Sequence record: SRR20825006_2332
Direction: 5' to 3' (one strand)
Length of the DNA: 25,775 nt
Numbering within the stretch: position 1 is the first letter of the stretch; the number at the start of each line of letters is the position of its first letter. The notes under the pieces were generated by a model. That model worked only from the letters and a program-made list of their open reading frames with translations, did no database searches and had not been told where the DNA came from. Below, piece after piece: positions 1 through 8,258 of this stretch. Both the position numbers and the translations under genes were made by a program.

Positions 1-2
1 AC

Positions 3-281
3 GATCGATTGCCGTTGGTCCTGTTTCGCTTTGGCGATGTGATCTCAATCCACACCGCGAGCGATTGGGACAAACAACATTGGACAGACGAACTCACCGA
101 GCGTCTTCGGTTCAGTCAGTCGCGATTGGCAAAACTTTGCATTGATCGATCCAGCGAACCATTTGAAAATCTATTGCGAGGCAAACGCGGGGCCTCCGGA
201 ATGTATGACACGGCGAGACGCTTGAAGTCTTGGATGACCGGTCAATCATTCCAAGCCGGCCATGGAGATCAATTTCAATGA
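3..281 (+). CDS. C-terminal part (5'-truncated by window edge) of a probable lysophospholipid/carotenoid acyltransferase-family protein
   Basis: The frame is open from position 3 (DRLPLVLFRFG...). The tail W-x3-L-x3-L...FENLLRGKRGASGMYD resembles C-termini of PlsC-like acyltransferases that precede GT2 genes in carotenoid loci. The stop TGA 279-281 overlaps the ATG of the next gene (ATGA). The catalytic N-terminus is outside the window. Confidence 0.55.
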   Translation, partial: DRLPLVLFRFGDVISIHTASDWDKQHWTDELTERLRFSQSRLAKLCIDRSSEPFENLLRGKRGASGMYDTARRLKSWMTGQSFQAGHGDQFQ

Positions 282-1513
282 TCGCTTGGCTTCCATGGCT
301 CATCATCGCCGTCTTACCATTCGTCTCGCTAACCTTGGCCGCTTTGGCAGCTGGGATGTTCGTTTCCAACTTATCCCTTTTTATGGATGGCGCGACTGCG
401 GACGCGCGCAAGGCGAACGAACCTGACGAGGCCAGTCAAACTAACGAGGTCAGCCCACCTCGCGTATCGGTGTTGATCCCAGCGAGAAACGAAGAGGGTT
501 CGATCCGCGCTTGCGTTGAATCCATTTTGCAGTCCGTGCAAGTCACCCTCGAAGTCATCGTGCTCGACGATGGCTCGACTGATCAAACAGGCGCGATCGT
601 CCGCGAACTGATGCAACAAGATCGGCGTGTCGAGTTGATCGAGGGCATCGACTTGCCGGAAGGTTGGAACGGAAAGCAACATGCTTGCTACCGATTGGCT
701 CAGCATGCCAAATTCGAGCACTTGTTGTTTTTGGACGCCGACGTGCGATTGGAACCAGCCGCTATCATCGGTCTTTGCCAACGACGAAGGGTTCTACATG
801 AAGGCGGCGACATCGGCTTGCTCAGTGCATTCCCTCAGCAAGTGACCGGCACGCTCGCGGAGAAACTGCTGATCCCGATGATGCATTTCATTTTGCTTTC
901 TTACTTGCCGTTCGCTCGCATGCGAGGCAGCAACCATCCCGCGTATGCATCCGGATGTGGACAGCTGTTCTTCACGACACAAGATGCCTATCAAGCGGCG
1001 GGAACCCATGCTGCGATTCGATCCAGCCGCCACGATGGGCTGAAGTTACCCAAAGCGTATCGCGAAAATGGAATGCTGACGGACTGCGTGGATGGATCGC
1101 GTTGGGCCAAGTGCCGGATGTACACAACGACTGGCGAGGTCGTGCAGGGACTGCTCAAGAATGCTCACGAGGGCATCGCGAATTCACGGTTGTTGATTCC
1201 GTTCACGATCCTTTTAGGCGGAGCCAATCTGTTGCCTTGGATCACGCTGGCAATCGCATTTGCGAAACGATCGAGCTTGATCGCGGAAGGTTTGCCGGTT
1301 CCAACATCGATCGTGATTGGAATCGTGGTCAGCTGGATCGCGATTTTGGTGAGTTACGTACCTCGATTGATCGCCGCGATCCGTTTGCGTCAAAGCATTG
1401 TCGGAGCGATCCTCCATCCGATCGCCATCCTCGGCTTCCTACTGATCCAGTGGTGGGCGTTCTGGAATCACCTCCGAGGTCGCCAAGTCACCTGGCGCGG
1501 CCGACTGGGCTGA
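278..1513 (+). CDS. GT2 family glycosyltransferase (CrtQ/CruC/HpnB-like, membrane anchored)
   Basis: Motifs VSVLIPARNEE, VIVLDDGSTDQT, GWNGKQHAC, FLDADV (DxD), GCGQ, CRMY and C-terminal TWRGR. One N-terminal and several C-terminal TM segments. Start ATG 278 chosen for the ATGA overlap and GGAG at 264-267. Confidence 0.9.
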   Translation: MIAWLPWLIIAVLPFVSLTLAALAAGMFVSNLSLFMDGATADARKANEPDEASQTNEVSPPRVSVLIPARNEEGSIRACVESILQSVQVTLEVIVLDDGSTDQTGAIVRELMQQDRRVELIEGIDLPEGWNGKQHACYRLAQHAKFEHLLFLDADVRLEPAAIIGLCQRRRVLHEGGDIGLLSAFPQQVTGTLAEKLLIPMMHFILLSYLPFARMRGSNHPAYASGCGQLFFTTQDAYQAAGTHAAIRSSRHDGLKLPKAYRENGMLTDCVDGSRWAKCRMYTTTGEVVQGLLKNAHEGIANSRLLIPFTILLGGANLLPWITLAIAFAKRSSLIAEGLPVPTSIVIGIVVSWIAILVSYVPRLIAAIRLRQSIVGAILHPIAILGFLLIQWWAFWNHLRGRQVTWRGRLG

Positions 1514-1564
1514 GACAAGCCGATTCATTCTGACACGGCCCACTCTCACTCCATTAAGATTTGC

Positions 1565-2962
1565 ATGTCATGTGACATTCGTCCGTCGACTGTTTTTCTT
1601 CTTTTATGGATCGGAGTTTCAATGGTTATTTGGCGGGTTAGCCGACAACACGTGACCTGGCTGTGCGCTGGCATGCTATTGATATTTGGCGGGTCCGGCG
1701 CCGCGGATGAGTTACTGAGTTTGCACTTGAATCGAGTTGCCCACGGTCAATTCCCGGCACAGCATTGGTACCCTGCGGACCGCCCGGCAATCAAGAATGA
1801 GAGTGAATCCATGCTCGAGTTGCTGGAGACACTTTCCTTGCTCGACGAAGATGCGATGAACGAAATCAAGTTAGCGCACGCGGATCGTTCTGTCTTTGTT
1901 CATGACTTGAAACTAGAAAACCTGAGGGCTCGAATCGATCAGATCTGCGAAATTCACCGTCCGATTCTGAACCAGCTCAAACGCATCCAATGGTCCGATG
2001 CGAGCGAGGAAATGGTCCCGCTTGAAATCATCGACAAACGCTATCAAATTCAAACGCTGGCGTACTTGGTCCATTTGGATTCCGTCCGAGACTTTGCAGA
2101 AGGGCGAGTGGAATCAGCGTCTCAGACGCTCGCCGGTGGCTATGCTTTTGCACACAACTTGATGCGAACATCGGGGGACCTCAACCTAGTTTTGGGCATC
2201 ACTCTGCAATCGGTGATGACAAAGGCTTTCGGGGACATGCAATCACTCGGTGCGCCAGACATGCAAACTGTGCTGTCTCGGATTGATGCCAGCCAAATGG
2301 ATCAAGCAAACCTCGATCGCGCGCAGTGGATGAATGTATGTCAATCCATGCCTGTACTAATTGATCGCGAGCGAAATCCCAAGGACTGGCAAACAGATCT
2401 TGAAGCCACTCTGAGAACGTTCCGACGCGCAGACCTGACACCTCGATCCCCCGACGAGGCGGAACAATTGGGGCGACAGATTCAGACCCTGGTTCAGACA
2501 TTGGATCGCGTGAAAGCACTGAACATTGTCGTGAAGTATGAATACGGAGGAATGACGGAAGCTAGAACGCTGGAACCCGGGCAACTGCTGGTTCAAACGA
2601 CGACAATGAACCTTCCAGCTCTCGCCAAATATGTTGACGAGACACTGGACAATCGCATCATCGATCGTGCCCAAAATGACTTGGGTCGACGTTTGTGGGG
2701 ACTGAAGTGCGTTGAATGGTTGCGGTTGGAATCATTCAAGCAAGGTCGTTGGATCACAAGACTCGACACGGCGCATCTAGATGCAGTTCCCAGCCGCACT
2801 GGTTCGAGCCTGCGTCCTACGATCAACATCATGAATGGGTTGAACCAATTGCCAGCGTACGAGATCCGCTTCCCAGAGGAGGACTTTCCTTCAGGGTCAT
2901 TCCGTTCGGTGGACAACGCTCCAATGATCGCGGTCAGTATCAAGCAGGAATTCCCCCAATGA
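1565..2962 (+). CDS. Hypothetical exported, mostly alpha-helical protein (Planctomycete-type family)
   Basis: 465-aa ORF with a hydrophobic N-terminal signal-like segment (WLCAGMLLIFGGSGAA-DE). Stop overlaps the next ATG (ATGA 2959-2962). Start uncertain (1565 or 1622). Confidence 0.7.
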   Translation: MSCDIRPSTVFLLLWIGVSMVIWRVSRQHVTWLCAGMLLIFGGSGAADELLSLHLNRVAHGQFPAQHWYPADRPAIKNESESMLELLETLSLLDEDAMNEIKLAHADRSVFVHDLKLENLRARIDQICEIHRPILNQLKRIQWSDASEEMVPLEIIDKRYQIQTLAYLVHLDSVRDFAEGRVESASQTLAGGYAFAHNLMRTSGDLNLVLGITLQSVMTKAFGDMQSLGAPDMQTVLSRIDASQMDQANLDRAQWMNVCQSMPVLIDRERNPKDWQTDLEATLRTFRRADLTPRSPDEAEQLGRQIQTLVQTLDRVKALNIVVKYEYGGMTEARTLEPGQLLVQTTTMNLPALAKYVDETLDNRIIDRAQNDLGRRLWGLKCVEWLRLESFKQGRWITRLDTAHLDAVPSRTGSSLRPTINIMNGLNQLPAYEIRFPEEDFPSGSFRSVDNAPMIAVSIKQEFPQ

Positions 2963-4245
2963 CAATAAAACCAAAACACTTACCCTATTCAAAACGTTTT
3001 GCCGAGATGCCTCGTTGCGGTTTTAGTCCAATCGACATGGTTGCCACGCTTGGGGTTTTGGGCGTCGTGACCTGCCTCCTCCTTGTCGACTTACAACAAA
3101 GACGCGAAGCGGCTCGTCGCATTAGTTGTGCGAACAACCTAAGGAACATCGGGGTCGCGATACTCGACTACCATCAAATCCACGGGCATCTTCCCATCCA
3201 CGGTGTCGGAACCCACAACGAAAGCTCATCCAAGCCAGACGAAGGTGATGCGGGAGCGGACGGCACCGGGGGAAATGGTGGTGGGAACAACGGAAAGTCA
3301 CTTAGCTTCTTGGTTGGAATCCTTCCGCACCTGGAACAGCAGGAGACCTGGGAAACGATCAGCATGCCATCCTCCCAAACCGTCCGAGGCAAACTCGCCA
3401 TGGGGTCCGTTTGGAACGCAATGGGGCCAGGAACCAGCCAACGAGCCTATCCACCATGGGTCAGCGACTTGGCGGTGTATCGCTGCCCCTCCGATCCACG
3501 AAAGTCTGACACGACGGGACGCACAAACTATGCAGCGTGCATGGGCGACGCACTTGATTTCCAAATGGATTCCGCCATTCGATTCGACCAAACGTCGAAT
3601 CGCTGGAAACTGGATCCGCTTGCAAAGAAGCGAGTGGAAGCAGCAGCTCGGGGGGCATTTGTGTTCCGCGAAATCATGAGGATGTCTGACATCACCGATG
3701 GGCTTTCCAACACGATGTTGGTTAGCGAACTCGTCACCGATCAAGGCGATCGAGATACCCGCACAGCGCCGGCACTTGAGGTTGGCGAACAAACTTCCAA
3801 AGTTCCGGCTCAAGGTGGAATCTTTGATTCTCTACGCAGCAGCGATGAATCGATTGACACGAGCAGACCAAGCTTTTGGATTGGACCCAACCAACGATTC
3901 TCGCCCAAATTGCCAACACGTGTAGATGAGTTCCGAGGCATGCGTTGGGCGGACGCACGAACTGTGTGCACTGGATTTAATACAATCCTACCGCCCAATT
4001 CCTATGTCCAAGTCGCAGGCATTGACATCACCGGTCCAACGGTGGCTTCTCCAAGCAGTTACCACCCAGGTGGTGTCCATATTTTACGGGCCGATGGTTC
4101 AGCTACGTTCATCTCTGATGCAATCAATTGCGGAAACATCTGGCTTGGAACCGTTCGACTGGGCATGGATGAGGAGCTGGCTCCAGGGAGCCCCAGCCCC
4201 TTCGGGCTCTGGGGATCTTTGGGGACACGTAACGCTAGAGACTAG
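2959..4245 (+). CDS. DUF1559 domain protein (prepilin-type N-terminus, H-X9-DG motif)
   Basis: GF-SPIDM...LQQRREAARRISCANNLRNIGVAILDYH, YRCPSD, TNYAAC, DITDGLSNT and SSYHPGGVHILRADGS are the DUF1559 signature set. Start 2959 chosen by ATGA coupling instead of the track's 2716. Confidence 0.92.
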   Translation: MTIKPKHLPYSKRFAEMPRCGFSPIDMVATLGVLGVVTCLLLVDLQQRREAARRISCANNLRNIGVAILDYHQIHGHLPIHGVGTHNESSSKPDEGDAGADGTGGNGGGNNGKSLSFLVGILPHLEQQETWETISMPSSQTVRGKLAMGSVWNAMGPGTSQRAYPPWVSDLAVYRCPSDPRKSDTTGRTNYAACMGDALDFQMDSAIRFDQTSNRWKLDPLAKKRVEAAARGAFVFREIMRMSDITDGLSNTMLVSELVTDQGDRDTRTAPALEVGEQTSKVPAQGGIFDSLRSSDESIDTSRPSFWIGPNQRFSPKLPTRVDEFRGMRWADARTVCTGFNTILPPNSYVQVAGIDITGPTVASPSSYHPGGVHILRADGSATFISDAINCGNIWLGTVRLGMDEELAPGSPSPFGLWGSLGTRNARD

Positions 4246-4391
4246 TACAGTGACTTGGTCTCGCCTCGGTCTTGCTCTTCCAAATTGCTGACCTGGTCTG
4301 GGGTCCTCAGCGGAACAGCCACATTGACGCACCCCGTTTCCCTGCGTCTTTTTTTCCGGTTGGCTCCTCGGGGCAAATGTGCTCCGATTAG

Positions 4392-5825
4392 GTGTTCGAC
4401 TCGTTTTCTAGTGCAAGGATTTCTTCGTTGTTTGGGCCCCACTCACGTCTTTGGTTGCTGGCCGCCGCGTGCTGCCTTCCCGTCGGGGTCGGCTGCAGCG
4501 ACAGCACAATGGAGTTTGAATCCAATCGCGTTCATGCGATGGCACTTGAACGCTCTCGCGATGTTCCCACCGATGCGGCTCTCGCCGATGTGGAATTAGT
4601 GATTGCCGAATTGTTCGGAACGCCGGAAGAGCCCACTTGGCCGTCAGATCATCTCACCGGAGAACAACTCGAGCTTGTGTCGCTGGAACGGTTGCAACAA
4701 GCCTCGGGATCTGTCGAAAGTGACGCGGAGAACGTGCACCGCGGTCTGTACACCGAACACTGCGTCATCTGCCACGGAGTTTCGGGCAGCGGAACCGGTC
4801 CTGCATCGATGTACCAATGGCCCTACCCACGTGATTTCCGAGCCGGTGTATTCAAGTGGAAATCGAGCGAGCGAGATGCCAAACCGACTCGAGATGACCT
4901 GAGACGGTTGCTGGAAAACGGGATTCCCGGATCGCCCATGCCTTCGTTTGCCACCGTCGCACCCGAGGACCGCGAAGCATTGATCGACTACTTGATCTAC
5001 CTCTCCATTCGTGGCGAAGTCGAACGTCAGCTGTTGGCAGTCGCGATCGATGATCTTGGATACGAGGAAACGCCGCCAAACGATGACTTGCGGCTGCGAG
5101 TAGCGAGCAGCGAAGAGAGCGATCCGGGCAAAGATGAGGCTGGGAATATCATTTTCACGGACCTGAATCAGTCCAGTCGTGACGAACCGCAGGTGGATGA
5201 ATCGGATTCGGTCGAAATTGATGTCGTCTCAACCGAAGGGGAACTCATCGCGATCTCTGTTTTGCAGAATGTTGTGGGAGAGTGGATCGAGACAACCGTT
5301 GCTCCCGTCCCTACTGAACCGATTCCCAGTGCTGCCGATGAATTGCACGCCTCAATCGCTCGAGGTGCGAAGTTGTTCGGTGGGCAGATCGCGAATTGTG
5401 CTGGTTGCCATGGACCGGAGGGGCAGGGTGGTATGCCGCTGAACGATTTGGATGATTGGACCAAAGAATTCACAACGCGGATTGGAATCACGCCGACCGA
5501 TGACGATGCGGTCAAACCCTTCCGCAAGGCGGGTGCGTTGCCACCGCGAATCATCCAACCCCGGCGATTGGCCGGCGGGGTGCTGCGTGGCGGCGATGAA
5601 CCCGAGACGATTTTCCGCCGAATTCAGCACGGAATCGCGGGCACACCGATGCCGGGCGTCGATTTGAGCGAGTCGGCGGCGGGCACAACCGGTTTGACCC
5701 CTGGAGACGTTTGGGACTTGGTTCATTACGTTCAGTCGTTGGTCCAGCCCACGCCCAAACCGTCCGTGCGTGTGGCGGATGACAAAAATCCCCTTGCCGC
5801 CGCAGAAACAGGTGTTTCCTCATGA
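4392..5825 (+). CDS. Diheme c-type cytochrome, probable lipoprotein
   Basis: Two CxxCH motifs (CVICH, CAGCH), each followed by PR-x-(F/L) and a G-(S/T)-PMP distal Met motif. Lipobox-like LPVGVG-C after a hydrophobic stretch. Acidic linker between the domains. Confidence 0.9.
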   Translation: MFDSFSSARISSLFGPHSRLWLLAAACCLPVGVGCSDSTMEFESNRVHAMALERSRDVPTDAALADVELVIAELFGTPEEPTWPSDHLTGEQLELVSLERLQQASGSVESDAENVHRGLYTEHCVICHGVSGSGTGPASMYQWPYPRDFRAGVFKWKSSERDAKPTRDDLRRLLENGIPGSPMPSFATVAPEDREALIDYLIYLSIRGEVERQLLAVAIDDLGYEETPPNDDLRLRVASSEESDPGKDEAGNIIFTDLNQSSRDEPQVDESDSVEIDVVSTEGELIAISVLQNVVGEWIETTVAPVPTEPIPSAADELHASIARGAKLFGGQIANCAGCHGPEGQGGMPLNDLDDWTKEFTTRIGITPTDDDAVKPFRKAGALPPRIIQPRRLAGGVLRGGDEPETIFRRIQHGIAGTPMPGVDLSESAAGTTGLTPGDVWDLVHYVQSLVQPTPKPSVRVADDKNPLAAAETGVSS

Positions 5826-5998
5826 GTCGCGACAATTATCGAACGATCGGTGCGATCTTGGGCTTGGCCGTGGGCATTGGCGTCATGTTCTTGTTTGGAA
5901 TGTCGGGAATTGTCGCCGGAGCTGGATTTGGTGCGGGCGGATGCGTGATCGGCGGAATCGCGGGAGAACAGATTTTTGACCGACGAGGACAGCGATGA
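5822..5998 (+). CDS. Small (58 aa) glycine-zipper membrane protein, not in the ORF track
   Basis: Manual translation: MSRDNYRTIGAILGLAVGIGVMFLFGMSGIVAGAGFGAGGCVIGGIAGEQIFDRRGQR*. It fills the gap exactly, with ATGA overlaps at both ends (5822-5825 and 5995-5998). Confidence 0.85.
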   Translation: MSRDNYRTIGAILGLAVGIGVMFLFGMSGIVAGAGFGAGGCVIGGIAGEQIFDRRGQR

Positions 5999-7065
5999 GC
6001 GAAGTTGCTGATTCCGAAAACAGAACTTTGCCGCACGTGCCTGAGACACCGGCCGATTCGCACGGCGAAGACGCCGCGAACGAGCCAACCGCTCAATCGG
6101 TCCCGAAATGGCCGTTCCGGCTCACTCGCGTGATGGTTTGTTTGACCTGGCCATTGATTTGGGTCGGCGGTTTGGTGACGACCTACGACGCCGGGATGTC
6201 GGTGCCAGATTGGCCTGGGACATACGGGTACAACCTGCTTCTGTATCCGCTCTCGACTTGGTTGTTTGGACCATTTGATCTGTTCATTGAGCACGGTCAC
6301 CGGCTGCTGGCCGCGTTGGTCGGATTCATCGCGATCGGATTGGTGATCGCCTCGCTCAACACGGAAAAACGCCGCTGGGCAATTGGCCTGTCCGTGCTGG
6401 TTTTGGCGGCCGTGATCGGGCAGGGTGTTCTGGGCGGTTTGCGGGTGACGCTGAGTGCCCGGACACTGGCGATGATCCACGGTTGCGTCGGCCCCGCGTT
6501 TTTTGTGTTGTGCGTGATCGCCGCCTGCGTCACCGGCAGGAGATGGTTGGCTGATTCGGTGCGACAATCCGCCGAGGGAACTTCTGAGCGGACACCGACG
6601 GCATTTTGGCCGATTTCGCTGTTAGTTTTGGCCTACATGCAGCTGGTTTTGGGCGCGATGATGCGTCATGCCTTGCCCGGATTCAGCCCGGTTGGGTTCG
6701 CTCATATCGTCAAGACGCACATCACGATCGCCTTTGTTTTGTGGCTGACGACCGGCGTGGCTTACTGGCGAATGCGACGCTGCGGCGATTTGACGCTGTC
6801 GCGACCGGCGGGTGCCTTGATATGCTTTGTGGCCATTCAAATCGGCTTGGGGTTCGCGACCTGGATCGTTAACTACGGCTACCCACAGATGCTGGCTTCG
6901 CTTTCAGTTGCTGACTCGTATCTCCTGCACAGCAAAAACGTGTTGGACGCGTGGATTGTGACGGGGCACGTCGCGACGGGGTCGCTGATTTTGGCGGTTT
7001 CATCGCTCCTGTTAGTCCGGTTGCTACGCCGCCGCCGCGTTTTATCCTTTTCTGTCTCATCCTGA
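5995..7065 (+). CDS. ctaA: Heme A synthase (COX15/CtaA family)
   Basis: GGLVTTYDAGMSVPDWP, EHGHR, QGVLGGLRV and further His residues (MIHG, KTHI, TGHVATG). About 8 TM helices. GAGG RBS-like sequence upstream. Adjacent to ctaB. Confidence 0.92.
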   Translation: MSEVADSENRTLPHVPETPADSHGEDAANEPTAQSVPKWPFRLTRVMVCLTWPLIWVGGLVTTYDAGMSVPDWPGTYGYNLLLYPLSTWLFGPFDLFIEHGHRLLAALVGFIAIGLVIASLNTEKRRWAIGLSVLVLAAVIGQGVLGGLRVTLSARTLAMIHGCVGPAFFVLCVIAACVTGRRWLADSVRQSAEGTSERTPTAFWPISLLVLAYMQLVLGAMMRHALPGFSPVGFAHIVKTHITIAFVLWLTTGVAYWRMRRCGDLTLSRPAGALICFVAIQIGLGFATWIVNYGYPQMLASLSVADSYLLHSKNVLDAWIVTGHVATGSLILAVSSLLLVRLLRRRRVLSFSVSS

Positions 7066-7078
7066 ATCCGGAACGATC

Positions 7079-8248
7079 ATGGCATCTGATTGCCGCGAAA
7101 CGCTCGAGATTGTCGCCGGGAGCGGTCTGTCCCTTGATGACCGGTCTCTCCAAAACTTGGGCTCGCTTCCACGCAGCGTTTCTGCGAGCGGATCGACCGC
7201 CGTGCTGGAACCGACGCCGCGGATGAAAACTGTTTCCCGCCCGCGTCCCTCGACCGATCGAGCCAGCACGTTGAATGATGAAATTCCCGTGCAAGAAACC
7301 AACTCGAACGCCGAATCCCTGAACGCTGGCGCAGAAGCGAAAGCCGATGTCGCCGCTGGGGTCGATCGCAGCGTCTTCGCCGATGTGATTGAGCTGACCA
7401 AACCTCGCATCGTCACGATGATCCTGGTCACGACCGTGGCATCAGCTTTGATCGCGGGCAGCGCGACACTGACGTTGATCGATTGGTTCTGGTTGATGAT
7501 CGGAACCGCTTTGATCGCGGGCAGTGCGGGTGCGGCTAACCAAGTTTGGGAATGCCGAATCGACCGAAACATGCCGCGAACTGCAAACCGCCCCGTCCCT
7601 GGTGGCCGGATGAGCTACGCCGTCGCGGTTGCTTTGACCGCCGCCAGCGGAATCGCCGGATCAATCATTCTGTGGCTGGGCAACGGCCTGGTCCCCGCGT
7701 GCGTTGGCATCGCAACCTGGCTCATTTACGTGTTGGTTTACACTCCGATGAAAACCCGCACCGCTTGGAACACGACCGTCGGCGCGATTGCCGGGGCTCT
7801 TCCGGTGTTCATCGGTTACACCGCCGCCGGCGGCACCTTGACCGAATTGCCCGGATGGATGTTGTTCGGCGTGCTGGCGTGTTGGCAGTACCCACACTTC
7901 ATGGCCATCGCTTGGTTGTACCGAACGCAATACGCCAAGGCGGGTTTCTGCATGACGACGACCGTTGAACCCACCGGGCGACATGCGGCGTGGCAAAGCA
8001 TTCTGGGCAGCGTCGCTCTCGCAACTTGTGGCGTGGTCCTGGCTTGGTTCCCCGATGGGCAATGGGTCGCATCGGCCGCCAGCGTCTTGGCAACGGTTTT
8101 GATCCTGGCCGCTTCTTGGCCTCTCCTGCGAGCCTCCCTGAATTTCCGTGCAAACCCCAACGACAAAACCGCTCGCAAGATGCTGCGTTGGTCGCTGGTC
8201 GTTCTGCCCGCCGTTCTCTTGGTGATGACTCTTCGAGCTTCACTGTAA
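7079..8248 (+). CDS. ctaB: Protoheme IX farnesyltransferase (heme O synthase), with a long N-terminal extension
   Basis: ELTKPRI, NQVWECRIDRNMPRTANRP, YVLVYTPMK, GAIAGALP and WQYPHFMAIAW are CyoE/CtaB (UbiA family) motifs. Confidence 0.95.
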   Translation: MASDCRETLEIVAGSGLSLDDRSLQNLGSLPRSVSASGSTAVLEPTPRMKTVSRPRPSTDRASTLNDEIPVQETNSNAESLNAGAEAKADVAAGVDRSVFADVIELTKPRIVTMILVTTVASALIAGSATLTLIDWFWLMIGTALIAGSAGAANQVWECRIDRNMPRTANRPVPGGRMSYAVAVALTAASGIAGSIILWLGNGLVPACVGIATWLIYVLVYTPMKTRTAWNTTVGAIAGALPVFIGYTAAGGTLTELPGWMLFGVLACWQYPHFMAIAWLYRTQYAKAGFCMTTTVEPTGRHAAWQSILGSVALATCGVVLAWFPDGQWVASAASVLATVLILAASWPLLRASLNFRANPNDKTARKMLRWSLVVLPAVLLVMTLRASL

Positions 8249-8258
8249 AAAATCATTC

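Noticed and set aside
2716..2958. N-terminal 81 aa of the track's DUF1559 ORF
   Set aside because: Lies inside the upstream gene. ATG 2959 gives ATGA coupling and places the prepilin motif near the N-terminus.
5770..5979. 69-aa ORF offered by the track for the cytochrome c-ctaA gap
   Set aside because: The 5822-5998 frame has ATGA coupling at both ends and a coherent TM/glycine-zipper sequence; this frame has neither.
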